Source: Candidatus Tenderia sp.
Lineage (GTDB): Bacteria; Pseudomonadota; Gammaproteobacteria; Tenderiales; Tenderiaceae
Direction: 5' to 3'
NCBI GenBank assembly: GCA_031416075.1
Contig: JANOSY010000091.1
Span: forward strand, 46,237 to 110,236
Length of the DNA stretch: 64,000 bases
Part shown: piece by piece, positions 19,915 through 30,526 of the stretch
How the letters are laid out: every line of letters begins with the position of its first letter
Numbering within the stretch: the first letter of the stretch is position 1
Notes under the pieces: model-generated
Database searches by the model: none
What the model saw: only the letters and a program-made list of their open reading frames with translations
Told to the model about the DNA's origin: nothing
Position numbers and translations under genes: made by a program

Positions 19915-21320
19915 ACTCCCTCTGTACTTGGCGTACTGCCTGGCTGAGGGTCTTCAGCACGACGATGCAGTGAGACCGCCAAGTCTGGACGATGTGCTGT
20001 ACGGCGATGAAACACCATCTCTTTAACTTCATACATAGAGACCGATGGAAACACCTTAACAAACACCAGGAACAGCAGGCCGAACCAGCCAAAACTGCCA
20101 AACACGATTGCCCACTGCACCATACCCGGCCAAACGACGGACCAGGCAAACGGCTCATAATTATGTGACAGCGTCGGACCCACGATCATCCAGCGCTCCA
20201 GCCACATGCCCAGATTGAGGAACAGAGACACCACAAACATGGTTGGCAAGTGCTGGCGCAGCTTCTCAAAGGCTAGGGCAAACGGCATCACAGAACCCAG
20301 GAAGAGCATCATCCAGAAGAACGGCGCATAGGTACCGGTGAACTTCCAGTAGAGCAACTCCTTGGCGACCATGTCGTGGCCATACCATGTGGCAGCAAAC
20401 TCAACCAGATTCAGGTAGGTCCAGACCATGGCAATGGCGAAAGTCAGCTTACACACCTTCTCCAAAATCGGAATGGTCATATACTCTTCAAAGCGGAAGA
20501 AATACCGCAGAATGATGAACAGGGTAATGATCGCAGCACAACCTGAATACAACGCCCCAGCTACGAAGTAAGGAGGGAAGGTTGTTACGTGCCAGCCCGG
20601 CATGATGGACATGGCGAAGTCAGCCGATACGATGGAGTGCACCGATACCGCCAGCGGAATCAGGAAGCAGGCCATCAACAGGTAGATACGGCGGAAGTTA
20701 CGCCATTGACGATCGTCACCCTGCCATCCCAAGGACAGTACAGTGTAGAGCTTCTGACGCCAACCACGCGCATTGTCACGACAGATCGCCAGGTCAGGAA
20801 TCATACCGATGAACAGGAATAGCGCTGACGATGTGAGATAGGTCGTAATCGCAAACGCATCCCATGACAGCGGTGAACGGAAGTTCGGCCAAATGCCACG
20901 GTCACTGACATAGGGCAGCACCCAGTACATATTCCAGACACGCCCCAGGTGGATGATGGGGAAGAGGCCCGCCGTCATCAACGAGAATGTTGTCATCGCT
21001 TCGGCGAAGCGATAGATCGGCTTACGCCAGTCTGCATGAATGATATGGAGAATCGCCGACAATAACGTGCCCGAGTGACTCATGCCGATCCAGAAGACGA
21101 AGGTGGCTATAAAAGGCCCCCACATCTGCGACCAGGTAAGATTACCTACCCCCAAGCCGACCTGGTACTGATAGATCTCCGCCACCACCGCACAACTGAT
21201 CATGGCCAGACAGCACACAACCGCTATCCAGTACCCCATCCGCGGATTTTCCATGCTTCGCAGCACATCCGCATTAATTTTTGCCCAAGCTATATTTTCA
21301 TCAATATCTTTTGTTTGCAT
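19911..21320 (-). CDS. actC: Alternative complex III NrfD/PsrC-family quinol-binding subunit ActC
   Basis: FVFWIGMSHSGTLLSAIL, R.AE.MT, HLGR, PNFRSPL.WD, SVHSIVS.DF, PPYFVAGA. Confidence 0.93.
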   Translation of the reverse strand: MQTKDIDENIAWAKINADVLRSMENPRMGYWIAVVCCLAMISCAVVAEIYQYQVGLGVGNLTWSQMWGPFIATFVFWIGMSHSGTLLSAILHIIHADWRKPIYRFAEAMTTFSLMTAGLFPIIHLGRVWNMYWVLPYVSDRGIWPNFRSPLSWDAFAITTYLTSSALFLFIGMIPDLAICRDNARGWRQKLYTVLSLGWQGDDRQWRNFRRIYLLMACFLIPLAVSVHSIVSADFAMSIMPGWHVTTFPPYFVAGALYSGCAAIITLFIILRYFFRFEEYMTIPILEKVCKLTFAIAMVWTYLNLVEFAATWYGHDMVAKELLYWKFTGTYAPFFWMMLFLGSVMPFALAFEKLRQHLPTMFVVSLFLNLGMWLERWMIVGPTLSHNYEPFAWSVVWPGMVQWAIVFGSFGWFGLLFLVFVKVFPSVSMYEVKEMVFHRRTAHRPDLAVSLHRRAEDPQPGSTPSTEGV

Positions 21321-21361
21321 AGGTCACACCACTTTATATTTGTATGGCCATTACGGACGGA

Positions 21362-22207
21362 TTAGGCTTCACGCACTCGATCCAAATACAACACCTTAGG
21401 ATCTGTATTCAACCCCTCCAGCACCCGATAACCGCGCAGCTCTTTGTTTTCTTTGCTCTGCTTCGCCTTCCCCAGCACTACCTGTTGTGACTCCCAGACC
21501 TTGCTAACCTTAGAGGTTTTATCCAAGAGATCACCAAAGATAATCGCCTGAGTCGGGCATGTCTGAGCACACGCCGTAATCACATCGCCGTCTTTCACCA
21601 CACGCTCCTCACGCTGAGCCGTGTCCTTAGCTGTACGGATACGCTGCACACAGAAAGTACACTTCTCCATCACCCCCTTATCACGAACACTCAGGTCCGG
21701 ATTCAACTGCATATGCAGAGGAGCGGGCCATGACTCTTCGTAATAAGAGTAAAAATTGAAATAACGGAGACGATATGGACAGTTGTTTGAACAGTAGCGC
21801 GATCCGATACAGCGGTTATACACCTGTGCATTCAAACCATCCGGTGTATGGTAGGTAGCCGCGACTGGGCAGACCGGTTCACAGGTTGCTGAATTACACT
21901 GCTGGCACATCATTGGCAAAACGCTGCCTCCACGCACCTGAAACTCACTGTCATCCCCACCCAAGTCGGGCTCATCCCAGTAGCGCTCCATCCGCAACCA
22001 GTGCATGCCCTGGTGTTTCATCATGCGATCTTTACCAACTGTGGCCAGATTATTTTCTGCATAACAGGCAACAGAACACGCATTACAACCAGTGCATTTA
22101 TTCAGATCGATAGCCATACCCCACATATGTTCATATGTGTGATGGCCACCCTCTTCCGCACCTTTGCGATAATTCGACCAATTCTCAAGAACATTCTTAA
22201 GCGACAT
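21362..22207 (-). CDS. actB2: Alternative complex III iron-sulfur subunit ActB2
   Basis: CTGCNACSVAC, CQQC...CEPVCP, CIGSRYCSNNCP, CTFC...CAQTCP; GGAGG RBS. Confidence 0.9.
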   Translation of the reverse strand: MSLKNVLENWSNYRKGAEEGGHHTYEHMWGMAIDLNKCTGCNACSVACYAENNLATVGKDRMMKHQGMHWLRMERYWDEPDLGGDDSEFQVRGGSVLPMMCQQCNSATCEPVCPVAATYHTPDGLNAQVYNRCIGSRYCSNNCPYRLRYFNFYSYYEESWPAPLHMQLNPDLSVRDKGVMEKCTFCVQRIRTAKDTAQREERVVKDGDVITACAQTCPTQAIIFGDLLDKTSKVSKVWESQQVVLGKAKQSKENKELRGYRVLEGLNTDPKVLYLDRVREA

Positions 22208-24413
22208 CAGAGCCTCCTTCTGTCCTTCTGAAAACATCGGCAGCTACGGTAGCAACAAGCTTGCGCCCCATCTGATATTCACTACCACCAAGACGTGCAA
22301 GCTTTGCATGTTTACCCGTCTTGCTAATACGAACCTGGGTTGCATACGCTGCAATCTCGCCACTCTTCTCTTCAATCGCCGGACTAAGCATCTTCAACAC
22401 GTTCACGCCCACACCTTTGGCGTAACGACCGTATGCTTCGTGCCCCTGTCCCATTGGGATAGCTACAACGTCCGGGTGAACACCTTTAAAGATATAAACC
22501 TGCACTTCAACCGCGCCCTGAGCCGATTCAACACGAATAAAATCACCCTCTTTCACACCCAGCTTATCAGCTGTTTTAGGATGAAGCTCTGCCCAGGAAT
22601 CCCAGAAAACCTTACTGACTTGGTCGGGAGCCTCCTGCAACCACGGTAAGTTAGCGTTACGTCCATCCCACATGTTTTGATGAATAGAAGGAACCAGATG
22701 CATTGGATAATCTGCCACCGGTTTCTGACTAACCTGAGTTATATCACCCACAACAGCCGTCAACGCCGCGCCACTCGCTGAGGCCTTAATAAAGCCGCGC
22801 TGCAAGGTGTCCGCCCAAAAAACATCATCACTCTTTCCATCTTTTAATGAGGCTGGCAGCGACTTTAAAACACCACGCAAATATGCGTAATAATCATCAA
22901 AGTCAGCATACCCTTCAACCCCTCGATGCTTCAACATTCCCAACAGAAGATCACCAAAAGCCCGTGTTTCAGGGTATAGCTGCTTCATTACAGGCTGAGA
23001 CATGCTAATCGCCCCACCCTTTGGTTGATATGGGGCCACGTGAGTAGCCCATTCCTCATAAGATGAAGACAGCGGCAACACCACATCCGCCACCATTGTG
23101 GTTTCATCCATAAACATGGAGAACACTACTTTGAACGGAACTTTAGACAATTTTTCGCTTAACGCCAAATGGTTCGGGGCACTGTAAACAGGATTTGCAC
23201 CTTGGAAAAAAACGACATCATATTGCCCATCACCGACGGCCTTTGTGAAGTCAAGCAATGCCCGACTACTACCCGTGCGGGCACGTAACTCATCGAACAT
23301 TACCGAATTGGATGCCTCAATCGTTTTCCCAATGTTGCCCAACAATACATTAAGCATCATGATTGCCATTGCATTTTGATAGCCATTAACATGGCCATGT
23401 GCTGATGCACCCGAAAGAACAACACTTGGCGAGCGCTCTTTTAGATAAGCAGCAATACGAGAGACTGTCTCACCCGCTACGCCTGTAATCTCCGTTACTT
23501 TTTCAGCACTATACTGTGCAATCACATCACGCTGGGCAGCACTCAAAGATGCACCATCCAGCTGATGCTTGGTGAGTAATACGTTTGCTATACCAAGAGC
23601 CAAGACACCTTCCGTACCAGGACGCGCAGCAACCCACAGATCTGCGTTCATACCTGTCATTGACATTTTTGGTTCAACTTGTATCAAGACACCACGATCG
23701 CCACTGCGGAATTCAGCGTACTCTTGAGAAAAGTGCACTGGCGATAACCAAGTTCCCAGAAAGTCCGCACCAAACGACAAAACGGCCTTAGCTTTTGCAA
23801 TGTGGTAACTTGGCATTGCATCCCCTAACACCTCTTTGTTCACCGCCTCACCCACAGCATTATTAATGGCCTCGTAGGTAAAGTGATCACCACCCCACGC
23901 TGTTTTAAGCTCAGCAAGCAACACAGATTGATGGCCACTCACGGTACCCGTAAACCACGCACTTCGACCCGGAGCAACATTGGATGCTTTTTCCTGCATC
24001 AACTTCCAGACTTCATCCCAACTAACGGGAACAAGATCGCCTCCCTGGCGCACCATAGGCTGGGTAATACGATCAGGGTTATAGTGTGTTTGCACACTCG
24101 CCTGCCCCATCTGACACAGACCCACACCATTTATTGGTGAGTCTGGGTTCCCTTCCACTTTAAGCAGGCGTCCTTCACGTACACGCCCATGTACACCGCA
24201 CGCAGATGGACACTGTTGACAGGTTGAGGCATACCACACCCCAATTCCAGGAATCACATACTCTTCAGGCGCAAGGTAGGAGACAACGGTCTCTTTTCCT
24301 TCCTCTAGAGTAACGGTAGTTGGCATGTCGCAACCACTTAGAGCTGCCGCACTTACACCACCCAGACCCATGTACTTCAGGAAGTCCCTGCGGTTGATAT
24401 CGTTACCACTCAT
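22197..24413 (-). CDS. actB1: Molybdopterin oxidoreductase-fold subunit ActB1 (Tat lipoprotein)
   Basis: RRDFLK plus LSGC; CQQCPSACG...LC FeS motif; EGNPDSPIN; C-terminal PWLQEAPD..K..WDSWAELHP. Confidence 0.88.
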   Translation of the reverse strand: MSGNDINRRDFLKYMGLGGVSAAALSGCDMPTTVTLEEGKETVVSYLAPEEYVIPGIGVWYASTCQQCPSACGVHGRVREGRLLKVEGNPDSPINGVGLCQMGQASVQTHYNPDRITQPMVRQGGDLVPVSWDEVWKLMQEKASNVAPGRSAWFTGTVSGHQSVLLAELKTAWGGDHFTYEAINNAVGEAVNKEVLGDAMPSYHIAKAKAVLSFGADFLGTWLSPVHFSQEYAEFRSGDRGVLIQVEPKMSMTGMNADLWVAARPGTEGVLALGIANVLLTKHQLDGASLSAAQRDVIAQYSAEKVTEITGVAGETVSRIAAYLKERSPSVVLSGASAHGHVNGYQNAMAIMMLNVLLGNIGKTIEASNSVMFDELRARTGSSRALLDFTKAVGDGQYDVVFFQGANPVYSAPNHLALSEKLSKVPFKVVFSMFMDETTMVADVVLPLSSSYEEWATHVAPYQPKGGAISMSQPVMKQLYPETRAFGDLLLGMLKHRGVEGYADFDDYYAYLRGVLKSLPASLKDGKSDDVFWADTLQRGFIKASASGAALTAVVGDITQVSQKPVADYPMHLVPSIHQNMWDGRNANLPWLQEAPDQVSKVFWDSWAELHPKTADKLGVKEGDFIRVESAQGAVEVQVYIFKGVHPDVVAIPMGQGHEAYGRYAKGVGVNVLKMLSPAIEEKSGEIAAYATQVRISKTGKHAKLARLGGSEYQMGRKLVATVAADVFRRTEGGSDVA

Positions 24414-24476
24414 AACAATTCATCCGTTCTTTAGTTAATCGTGCTGGCCAGACCCGAAGATCCTAGACCCACCCAG

Positions 24477-25112
24477 TTACTTATGACACTTCCAGCAATC
24501 GGAAGGGCCGCCATTAGCCTCGTGACAACGCACGCAGAACCCCATGTTCAATGGTTTGACTTTTTGCGCCACTGTCATTTTCTTTACATCTCCATGACAG
24601 AAGGCACACACTTCAGAAACATTCTCAACTTTCATGCCTTCATTTTTAAAGACAAACCGCTGCAAATGTTTTTCATGCGTAAAATGAACATAATCAGGTA
24701 CGTCATGAACCTTATTCCACTGTGGTGGTTCATTTTTCTCCCAATACTCAGTCAACTGCTTGATACGGGGCTTATCTGTCGCTATCACCGAATGACACCC
24801 CATACATTTACTGGTAGGCGGTATCCCGGCAACCTTACTACGCCGTGCATATGTGTGACAATACATGCAATTAATGCCATTTACATCCGCATGAACATCG
24901 TGTGGAAACTCAATGGGCTGCGGCACATGCTTGCCATTATGAGTGCCTACAGGAGGCACCGCATTAGGCACTTCAGCAGACGCGCTGGCCACAAAAAACA
25001 GCCCGCTCAGCCCTAACAACGCGGCGCTCAATGATATCAAGCCGCGACCGAGGCGTGATCGCTTCATACCAGACCCACCCTGCTTAGAGTTAACGTTATC
25101 ACTCACAAACAT
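24477..25112 (-). CDS. actA: Alternative complex III pentaheme cytochrome c ActA
   Basis: Five CxxCH motifs (CMYCH, CMGCH, CAFCH, CVRCH, CWKCH); PQPIEFPH..H; start uncertain (25112 or 25067). Confidence 0.9.
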   Translation of the reverse strand: MFVSDNVNSKQGGSGMKRSRLGRGLISLSAALLGLSGLFFVASASAEVPNAVPPVGTHNGKHVPQPIEFPHDVHADVNGINCMYCHTYARRSKVAGIPPTSKCMGCHSVIATDKPRIKQLTEYWEKNEPPQWNKVHDVPDYVHFTHEKHLQRFVFKNEGMKVENVSEVCAFCHGDVKKMTVAQKVKPLNMGFCVRCHEANGGPSDCWKCHK

Positions 25113-25456
25113 CTCAATCCTCGATCTGTTTAATAGATCCCAAAAGGTATCATTGTAAATATTAAGAACCATACCCCAGAGCTGAAAATTTAGAATGCGC
25201 CAACGTACAGAGAGCGCACGCCATTCATGCTTTGATTTACTGGTACAGATGAACCCCAATTTTAATGAACCGGATACACTAAGACCAAACCACAATAGCC
25301 CTGCATCCCGCCCTAATACTGCCACCCTGTTTTAATACGGGGTTTTTGTTTTTCCGGGGGTTTTCCCCGCTTTCCTGCTACTCGACCTAGCCTTTCTATT
25401 TATTAGCCCCAACCATTGATCGGGTTTAACTGGTCGTTATTGTTAAGCAATTCCGC

Positions 25457-25486
25457 ATCCTAGACCAGTTTTAAGTCGAATGTCAA
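25457..25486 (-). promoter_or_regulatory. Putative sigma70 promoter of the act operon (TTGACA-18-TAGGAT)
   Basis: Consensus -35 and near-consensus -10, ~345 bp upstream of actA. Confidence 0.5.
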
Positions 25487-25569
25487 CGCCCAATACTCAA
25501 CAAATAAAAGATATCAGAACATTCCATTAATTTTGCTGCTGCGATGCTGGATATTCCTACCTTCTTTTT

Positions 25570-26328
25570 CTAAACAGGGTTATCCACATCGATAAATATA
25601 TGCTCCAAACCAAATTGATGCGCCAACTGCCCTCCCAGGGCCTGAATGCCATAACGTTCCGTTGCATGATGCCCCGCAGCAAAGTAATGGATCCCACTCT
25701 CACGCGCAAAGTGAGTGGTATGCTCCGACACTTCTCCACTTATAAACGCCTGCACCCCCAGCCGACTTGCCGCTTCAATGTACCCTTGTGCAGCGCCAGT
25801 ACACCACCCTACGCGGTTGATCTCATCACTGCCCGCACCAATATGCAGCGGATCACGGCCAAGGACACGACACAAATGCGCTTTAAAACCCTGCGCAGAT
25901 AACGGCTTCAACAATCTGCCATACATTGCCAGACCATCCTCCTCATCACGCCCAAATCGTCCCTCCACCACCAAGCCCAATATCCGCGCCAACTCTGCAT
26001 TATTGCCCAAGGTCGCATGTGCGTCCAAGGGTAAGTGATATGCAATTAAACTGATGTTATTTTCTATCAACGCGCCCAAACGCCGCCGCTTCAATCCAGT
26101 CACAACGGGATTCTCACCTTTCCAAAAAAACCCGTGGTGCACCAAAATTGCATCTGCATTTACGTTAATCGCTGCATCAATTAACGCCTGACAAGCTGTT
26201 ACTCCCGTTACCAGCCTTGTAATCTCAGCACACCCCTCCACTTGCAAACCATTGGGGGCATAATCATGAAACTTTGCCACTGCCAACAGCTCATCACAAT
26301 AGCTAACCAGCTTATCCAATCGCACCAT
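25570..26328 (-). CDS. Nif3-like dinuclear metal-centre protein (YbgI family)
   Basis: DYAPNGLQVEG, HHG, YHLPLDAH..LGNN, GHHATE. Confidence 0.95.
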   Translation of the reverse strand: MVRLDKLVSYCDELLAVAKFHDYAPNGLQVEGCAEITRLVTGVTACQALIDAAINVNADAILVHHGFFWKGENPVVTGLKRRRLGALIENNISLIAYHLPLDAHATLGNNAELARILGLVVEGRFGRDEEDGLAMYGRLLKPLSAQGFKAHLCRVLGRDPLHIGAGSDEINRVGWCTGAAQGYIEAASRLGVQAFISGEVSEHTTHFARESGIHYFAAGHHATERYGIQALGGQLAHQFGLEHIFIDVDNPV

Positions 26329-26395
26329 GCAGACATCCTACAGTTACGTTAATATCAATATCTCAATAAAGTTCATCACAGAGAGTACCGAAACA

Positions 26396-27559
26396 ATGCG
26401 TTTACGCAAACTTTTCTCTTTTGCTGCTGAAGCAATCACCGCTGGCCTTGCCTTTGCTTTTGTACTGATTTTGCTATTCCGACCCGATTTTTTTGACGGA
26501 CGTCCTGTAGTAGCCTTTTTGGAAGCGGACACCCCCACCCCCATCAGCAACGAAAGCTCTGCCATAAGCTATGCTCCTGCCGTCGAAAAGGCCGCGCCAG
26601 CAGTGGTAAACATCTACACACGGAAAGTAGTTCAGGACCAGAGGCCACCATTCGCCATCGATGACCCGCTTCTACAGCGCTTCTTTGGCGATCAAATTCC
26701 GCAGCAACCCCAGCACCAGGAGAATAGCCTCGGATCTGGCGTTATCGTCAACGCACAGGGGTACATCCTGACCAATAATCATGTTATCCAGGGAGCTGAT
26801 GAAATTGAAGTGGCGCTTCATGATGGGCGCAGCGCCGCCGCCACTGTTGTTGGAACAGATCCTGAGAGCGATCTTGCCGTACTCAAAATCGAGCTGGCAG
26901 AGATCCCCAGCATTATTTTTGGTCAATCAGAAAAACTTCAGGTGGGCGATGTGGTTCTGGCCATCGGCAATCCGTTTGGCGTAGGCCAAACAGTCACCAG
27001 CGGCATTGTGAGCGCCACCGGTCGTTCGCGGCTGGGGCTCAGCACCTTCGAAAACTTCATTCAGACAGATGCTGCCATTAATCCTGGCAATTCCGGCGGC
27101 GCGCTGATTAACGCATACGGCCAGCTGGTCGGCATTAACACCGCTATCTTTTCGCGCACAGGCGGTTCACAAGGAATTGGCTTTGCAATCCCCGTCAGCC
27201 TCGCCAAAGGTGTCATGAAGGAGATTATCGAATATGGCCGCGCCCTGCGCGGCTGGTTAGGCGTTGAAGTGCAAGATCTCAATCCGGCGCTGGCAGAATC
27301 CTTTGGTATCGCCAACGTTAGCGGGGCCTTGGTCGCAGGCGTGCAGGTTGGTGGTCCGGGTGATAACGCTGGATTACGTCCCGGCGATGTGATTACGGAG
27401 GTGAATAGCAATGCCATTAATGGAAACCACGCCCTGATGAATATTGTTACCAGCAATGCGCCGGGCACAAAACTTCAGCTAAAGGTTTTACGCGAGGGGC
27501 GCACAAACAGCATTGAAGCCGTCATTGGCGAACGTCCACAACCACAAACCGAGCAGTAA
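26396..27559 (+). CDS. degS: HtrA-family serine protease with one PDZ domain (DegS/AlgW-like)
   Basis: TNNHV, DLAVL, QTDAAINPGNSGG; N-terminal TM anchor. Confidence 0.85.
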   Translation: MRLRKLFSFAAEAITAGLAFAFVLILLFRPDFFDGRPVVAFLEADTPTPISNESSAISYAPAVEKAAPAVVNIYTRKVVQDQRPPFAIDDPLLQRFFGDQIPQQPQHQENSLGSGVIVNAQGYILTNNHVIQGADEIEVALHDGRSAAATVVGTDPESDLAVLKIELAEIPSIIFGQSEKLQVGDVVLAIGNPFGVGQTVTSGIVSATGRSRLGLSTFENFIQTDAAINPGNSGGALINAYGQLVGINTAIFSRTGGSQGIGFAIPVSLAKGVMKEIIEYGRALRGWLGVEVQDLNPALAESFGIANVSGALVAGVQVGGPGDNAGLRPGDVITEVNSNAINGNHALMNIVTSNAPGTKLQLKVLREGRTNSIEAVIGERPQPQTEQ

Positions 27560-27564
27560 TCAAG

Positions 27565-28353
27565 CTACCGCTCTGTCTGATCCGACGCCATCGCCTCCTC
27601 AGCCTCACGTGCCTGCTGCTGCCTGACCACAAAACGCGACAGCAACAGACCAACCTCAAACAGAACACAGATAGGCAGCGCTAGAAAGGTTTGCGAAAAG
27701 ACATCCGGAGGGGTCAACAGCATGGCCACCACAAAGGCCCCGACAATGATATAGCGGCGCTTTTGTGCCAAGACCTCCGGCGTCACAACACCTACCCACA
27801 CCAATACAATCGTGACAATGGGGACCTGAAATGCCACTCCAAAGGCGAAAAACATCGACAACACAAAATCGAGATAACTGCTGATATCAGTCATCACCGC
27901 CACACCCTGCGGTGCAATTTTGACAAAGAACCCAAAGACCATCGGGAAGAAGACAAAATAGGCAAACAATACACCGCTGTAAAACAGCAGCACACTGCCA
28001 AACAACAGAGGGAAAATCATGCGCCGCTCATGTTTATAAAGCCCCGGCGCTATAAACCCCCAAAAGTGGTACAAAATGATGGGCATTCCCAAAAATGCAG
28101 CCAGTACCATGGCAAACCTGAGTGGCGCAAGAAATGGAGACGTCACCGATGTGGCAATCATGTTGGTGCCTGCCGGCATGTTAGCCATTAACGGCTCAGC
28201 CAGCAGGTTGTAGAGGTCATTGGAATAGAATGCCAGTGGCAGAAAAATGATCAGCACTGATACAAGCATCTTGATCAGCCGATTACGCAGCTCAACCAGA
28301 TGCCCCACCAGCCCCTGCTCATGCAGCGGGGTCTTGTTGGCTCGACTATTCAA
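27565..28353 (-). CDS. tatC: Twin-arginine translocase subunit TatC
   Basis: HLVELRNRL, FIAPGLYKHE, LTPPDVFSQ; start uncertain (TTG at 28353 chosen). Confidence 0.95.
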   Translation of the reverse strand: MNSRANKTPLHEQGLVGHLVELRNRLIKMLVSVLIIFLPLAFYSNDLYNLLAEPLMANMPAGTNMIATSVTSPFLAPLRFAMVLAAFLGMPIILYHFWGFIAPGLYKHERRMIFPLLFGSVLLFYSGVLFAYFVFFPMVFGFFVKIAPQGVAVMTDISSYLDFVLSMFFAFGVAFQVPIVTIVLVWVGVVTPEVLAQKRRYIIVGAFVVAMLLTPPDVFSQTFLALPICVLFEVGLLLSRFVVRQQQAREAEEAMASDQTER

Positions 28354-28717
28354 CCTTTGGCTGATCAACGAACGGCTTTTCCGGCCTTTGATCGGGGTGC
28401 GTTCCTGTGGTGATTCCATCCGCCTGCTCAACCTTGCTCACGTCAGCCAAAGAGCTCTGTTCCAGCGTCTGGGCAACGTTATTTTTTAAAACCCGATGAA
28501 GCTCTGCGATCTCGGACTCTTTCTCCATTAATCGCTTCAGCTCGTTAGCCTTATCAATCTCATAATTGAGATCTGACTTCATGGCATTCAGAAAGCCTTT
28601 CGCCTTACCAATGCCACGTCCTGCACTCTGGACCAGCCCCGGCAGATCTTTGGGCCCCACCACAAGCAGGGCTACAATACCAACCAGCACCAACTCCCAG
28701 AAGCCGATATCAAACAT
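28346..28717 (-). CDS. tatB: Twin-arginine translocase subunit TatB
   Basis: MFDIGFWEL...LLVVGPKDLP. Confidence 0.95.
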   Translation of the reverse strand: MFDIGFWELVLVGIVALLVVGPKDLPGLVQSAGRGIGKAKGFLNAMKSDLNYEIDKANELKRLMEKESEIAELHRVLKNNVAQTLEQSSLADVSKVEQADGITTGTHPDQRPEKPFVDQPKVE

Positions 28718-28735
28718 GGCTGCTCCGTAAAATCA

Positions 28736-29005
28736 CTAAACTTTCTGTTCGCTCTTACTACTGGTTGATTCACTGTCAATCACACGGGCACCATCTTTAT
28801 CCTCGTATAACTGTCCCTTAGACTGCTCTGTCGCGCTTCTTTCAGCGCTGGCCTCGGTCTCACCATCACGAATCGAACTGCGAAACCCCTTAATTGCACT
28901 CCCCAGGTCACCGCCAAGGCTGCGTAATTTTTTGCCGCCAAACAGCAGCAATACAAGTACCAATACAATCAGCAACTGCCAAACACTTATTCCGCCCATG
29001 CCCAT
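28736..29005 (-). CDS. tatA: Twin-arginine translocase subunit TatA
   Basis: ISVWQLLIV...[14 protein letters not shown]. Confidence 0.95.
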   Translation of the reverse strand: MGMGGISVWQLLIVLVLVLLLFGGKKLRSLGGDLGSAIKGFRSSIRDGETEASAERSATEQSKGQLYEDKDGARVIDSESTSSKSEQKV

Positions 29006-29029
29006 AATCGCTCTCCAAATTAACCCTGC

Positions 29030-29377
29030 TTACTTAATATCGCTCCGCGCCGCTTTCTCTTCCAGACCCGAAAGACCAAAACGGCGCGCCAATTCATCCA
29101 GCACATCATCGGGGCCGAGCCCCTGATGGGCCAACAGAACCAATGTGTGAAACCAGAGGTCTGCCACCTCGTAAACTAACTGTGTTTTATCGTCGCCTTT
29201 GGCGGCAATCACCGTCTCCGTCGCCTCTTCACCCACCTTTTTAAGAATGGTGTCCAACCCTTTGGCATACAGCGATGCAACATAGGAGGAGTCTGCAGCA
29301 GCACCCTTGCGCGCCTCAAGCACCTCCGCCAATTGAACCAAAACATCATTCCGGGCCACTACTCTACTCCTTGCCAC
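29030..29377 (-). CDS. hisE: Phosphoribosyl-ATP pyrophosphatase
   Basis: [23 protein letters not shown]. Confidence 0.96.
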   Translation of the reverse strand: MARSRVVARNDVLVQLAEVLEARKGAAADSSYVASLYAKGLDTILKKVGEEATETVIAAKGDDKTQLVYEVADLWFHTLVLLAHQGLGPDDVLDELARRFGLSGLEEKAARSDIK

Positions 29378-29765
29378 GGTGGGTGTATATCACGGCGGGA
29401 TCCATTACGACACTCTCCGCCTCCTGCCACTGCCCTTGCACAAAACGGCGGTAAAAACAGCTGCGTCGCCCAGTATGGCAGGCGATGCCACCCAGCTGCT
29501 CAATCTCCAGAAGGATTACATCCTCATCACAATCCAGATAGATCTCTTTCACAATCTGCTCATGGCCAGACTCTTCCCCTTTGCGCCAGAGTTTTTGCCG
29601 GGAGCGCGACCAATAGACCGCCTTGCCACTCGCAACTGTCTCAGTCAATGAGTCTCGGTTCATCCAAGCGAACATCAGCACCTTCCCTGTGCCCGTCTCT
29701 TGGGCAATCACAGGCACCAAGCCATCACCCGTCCATTTAATCTCATCGAGCCAGGCCACCGCCAT
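29364..29765 (-). CDS. hisI: Phosphoribosyl-AMP cyclohydrolase
   Basis: [31 protein letters not shown]. Confidence 0.97.
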   Translation of the reverse strand: MAVAWLDEIKWTGDGLVPVIAQETGTGKVLMFAWMNRDSLTETVASGKAVYWSRSRQKLWRKGEESGHEQIVKEIYLDCDEDVILLEIEQLGGIACHTGRRSCFYRRFVQGQWQEAESVVMDPAVIYTHRGKE

Positions 29766-30526
29766 TACAGACGCACCTCAATATTATGCTGTGCCATGTA
29801 CTGCTTGGCCTGAGCCACCGTGTATTCACCAAAGTGGAAGATACTCGCCGCCAGCACTGCGTCAGCCCTGCCCTCAACCACGCCATCTACCAGATGTTGA
29901 AGATTCCCCACTCCCCCGGAGGCGATGACTGGCACGGCCACGGCGTCACTCACCGTACGGACCAGCGCCAAGTCAAAACCATCTTTGGTACCGTCACGAT
30001 CCATGCTGGTCAGCAACAGCTCTCCAGCACCGTAACTGACCATTTTGCAGGCCCACTCTACCGCATCGATACCCGTCGCCTTGCGACCGCCGTGGGTAAA
30101 AATCTCCCAACGCCCGGGGGATACCTGCTTGGCATCCATGGCAACAACAATGCATTGGGAACCAAAGGCGTCAGCCGCCTCTTGCACAAACTCAGGGCGA
30201 AAAACGGCGGCCGTATTAATCCCGACCTTATCGGCCCCCGCATTTAGCATGCGGCGAATATCGGCCTTCTCGCGAATGCCCCCCCCCACAGTCAACGGGA
30301 TAAAGACCTCTGAGGCGACCTGCTCCACTACGTGGACCATTGTCTCGCGCTCCTGATGCGAGGCGGTGATATCAAGAAAGACCAGCTCATCCGCCCCGGC
30401 TTGATTGTAACGGCGGGCAATCTCAACCGGATCGCCTGCATCACGGATTCCAACAAACTGCACCCCTTTAACAACACGTCCGGCATCCACATCAAGACAG
30501 GGGATAATTCGTTTGGAGAGTGGCAT
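29765..30526 (-). CDS. hisF: Imidazole glycerol phosphate synthase cyclase subunit
   Basis: [27 protein letters not shown]. Confidence 0.98.
   Translation of the reverse strand: MPLSKRIIPCLDVDAGRVVKGVQFVGIRDAGDPVEIARRYNQAGADELVFLDITASHQERETMVHVVEQVASEVFIPLTVGGGIREKADIRRMLNAGADKVGINTAAVFRPEFVQEAADAFGSQCIVVAMDAKQVSPGRWEIFTHGGRKATGIDAVEWACKMVSYGAGELLLTSMDRDGTKDGFDLALVRTVSDAVAVPVIASGGVGNLQHLVDGVVEGRADAVLAASIFHFGEYTVAQAKQYMAQHNIEVRL

Noticed and set aside
25113-25325. N-terminal 71-aa extension of ActA in the ORF track
   Set aside because: No similarity to cytochrome leaders; a better RBS precedes the ATG at 25112
28346-28431. 86-bp tatB/tatC overlap
   Set aside because: Probably an over-extended ORF call; a TTG at 28353 gives an ordinary 8-bp overlap
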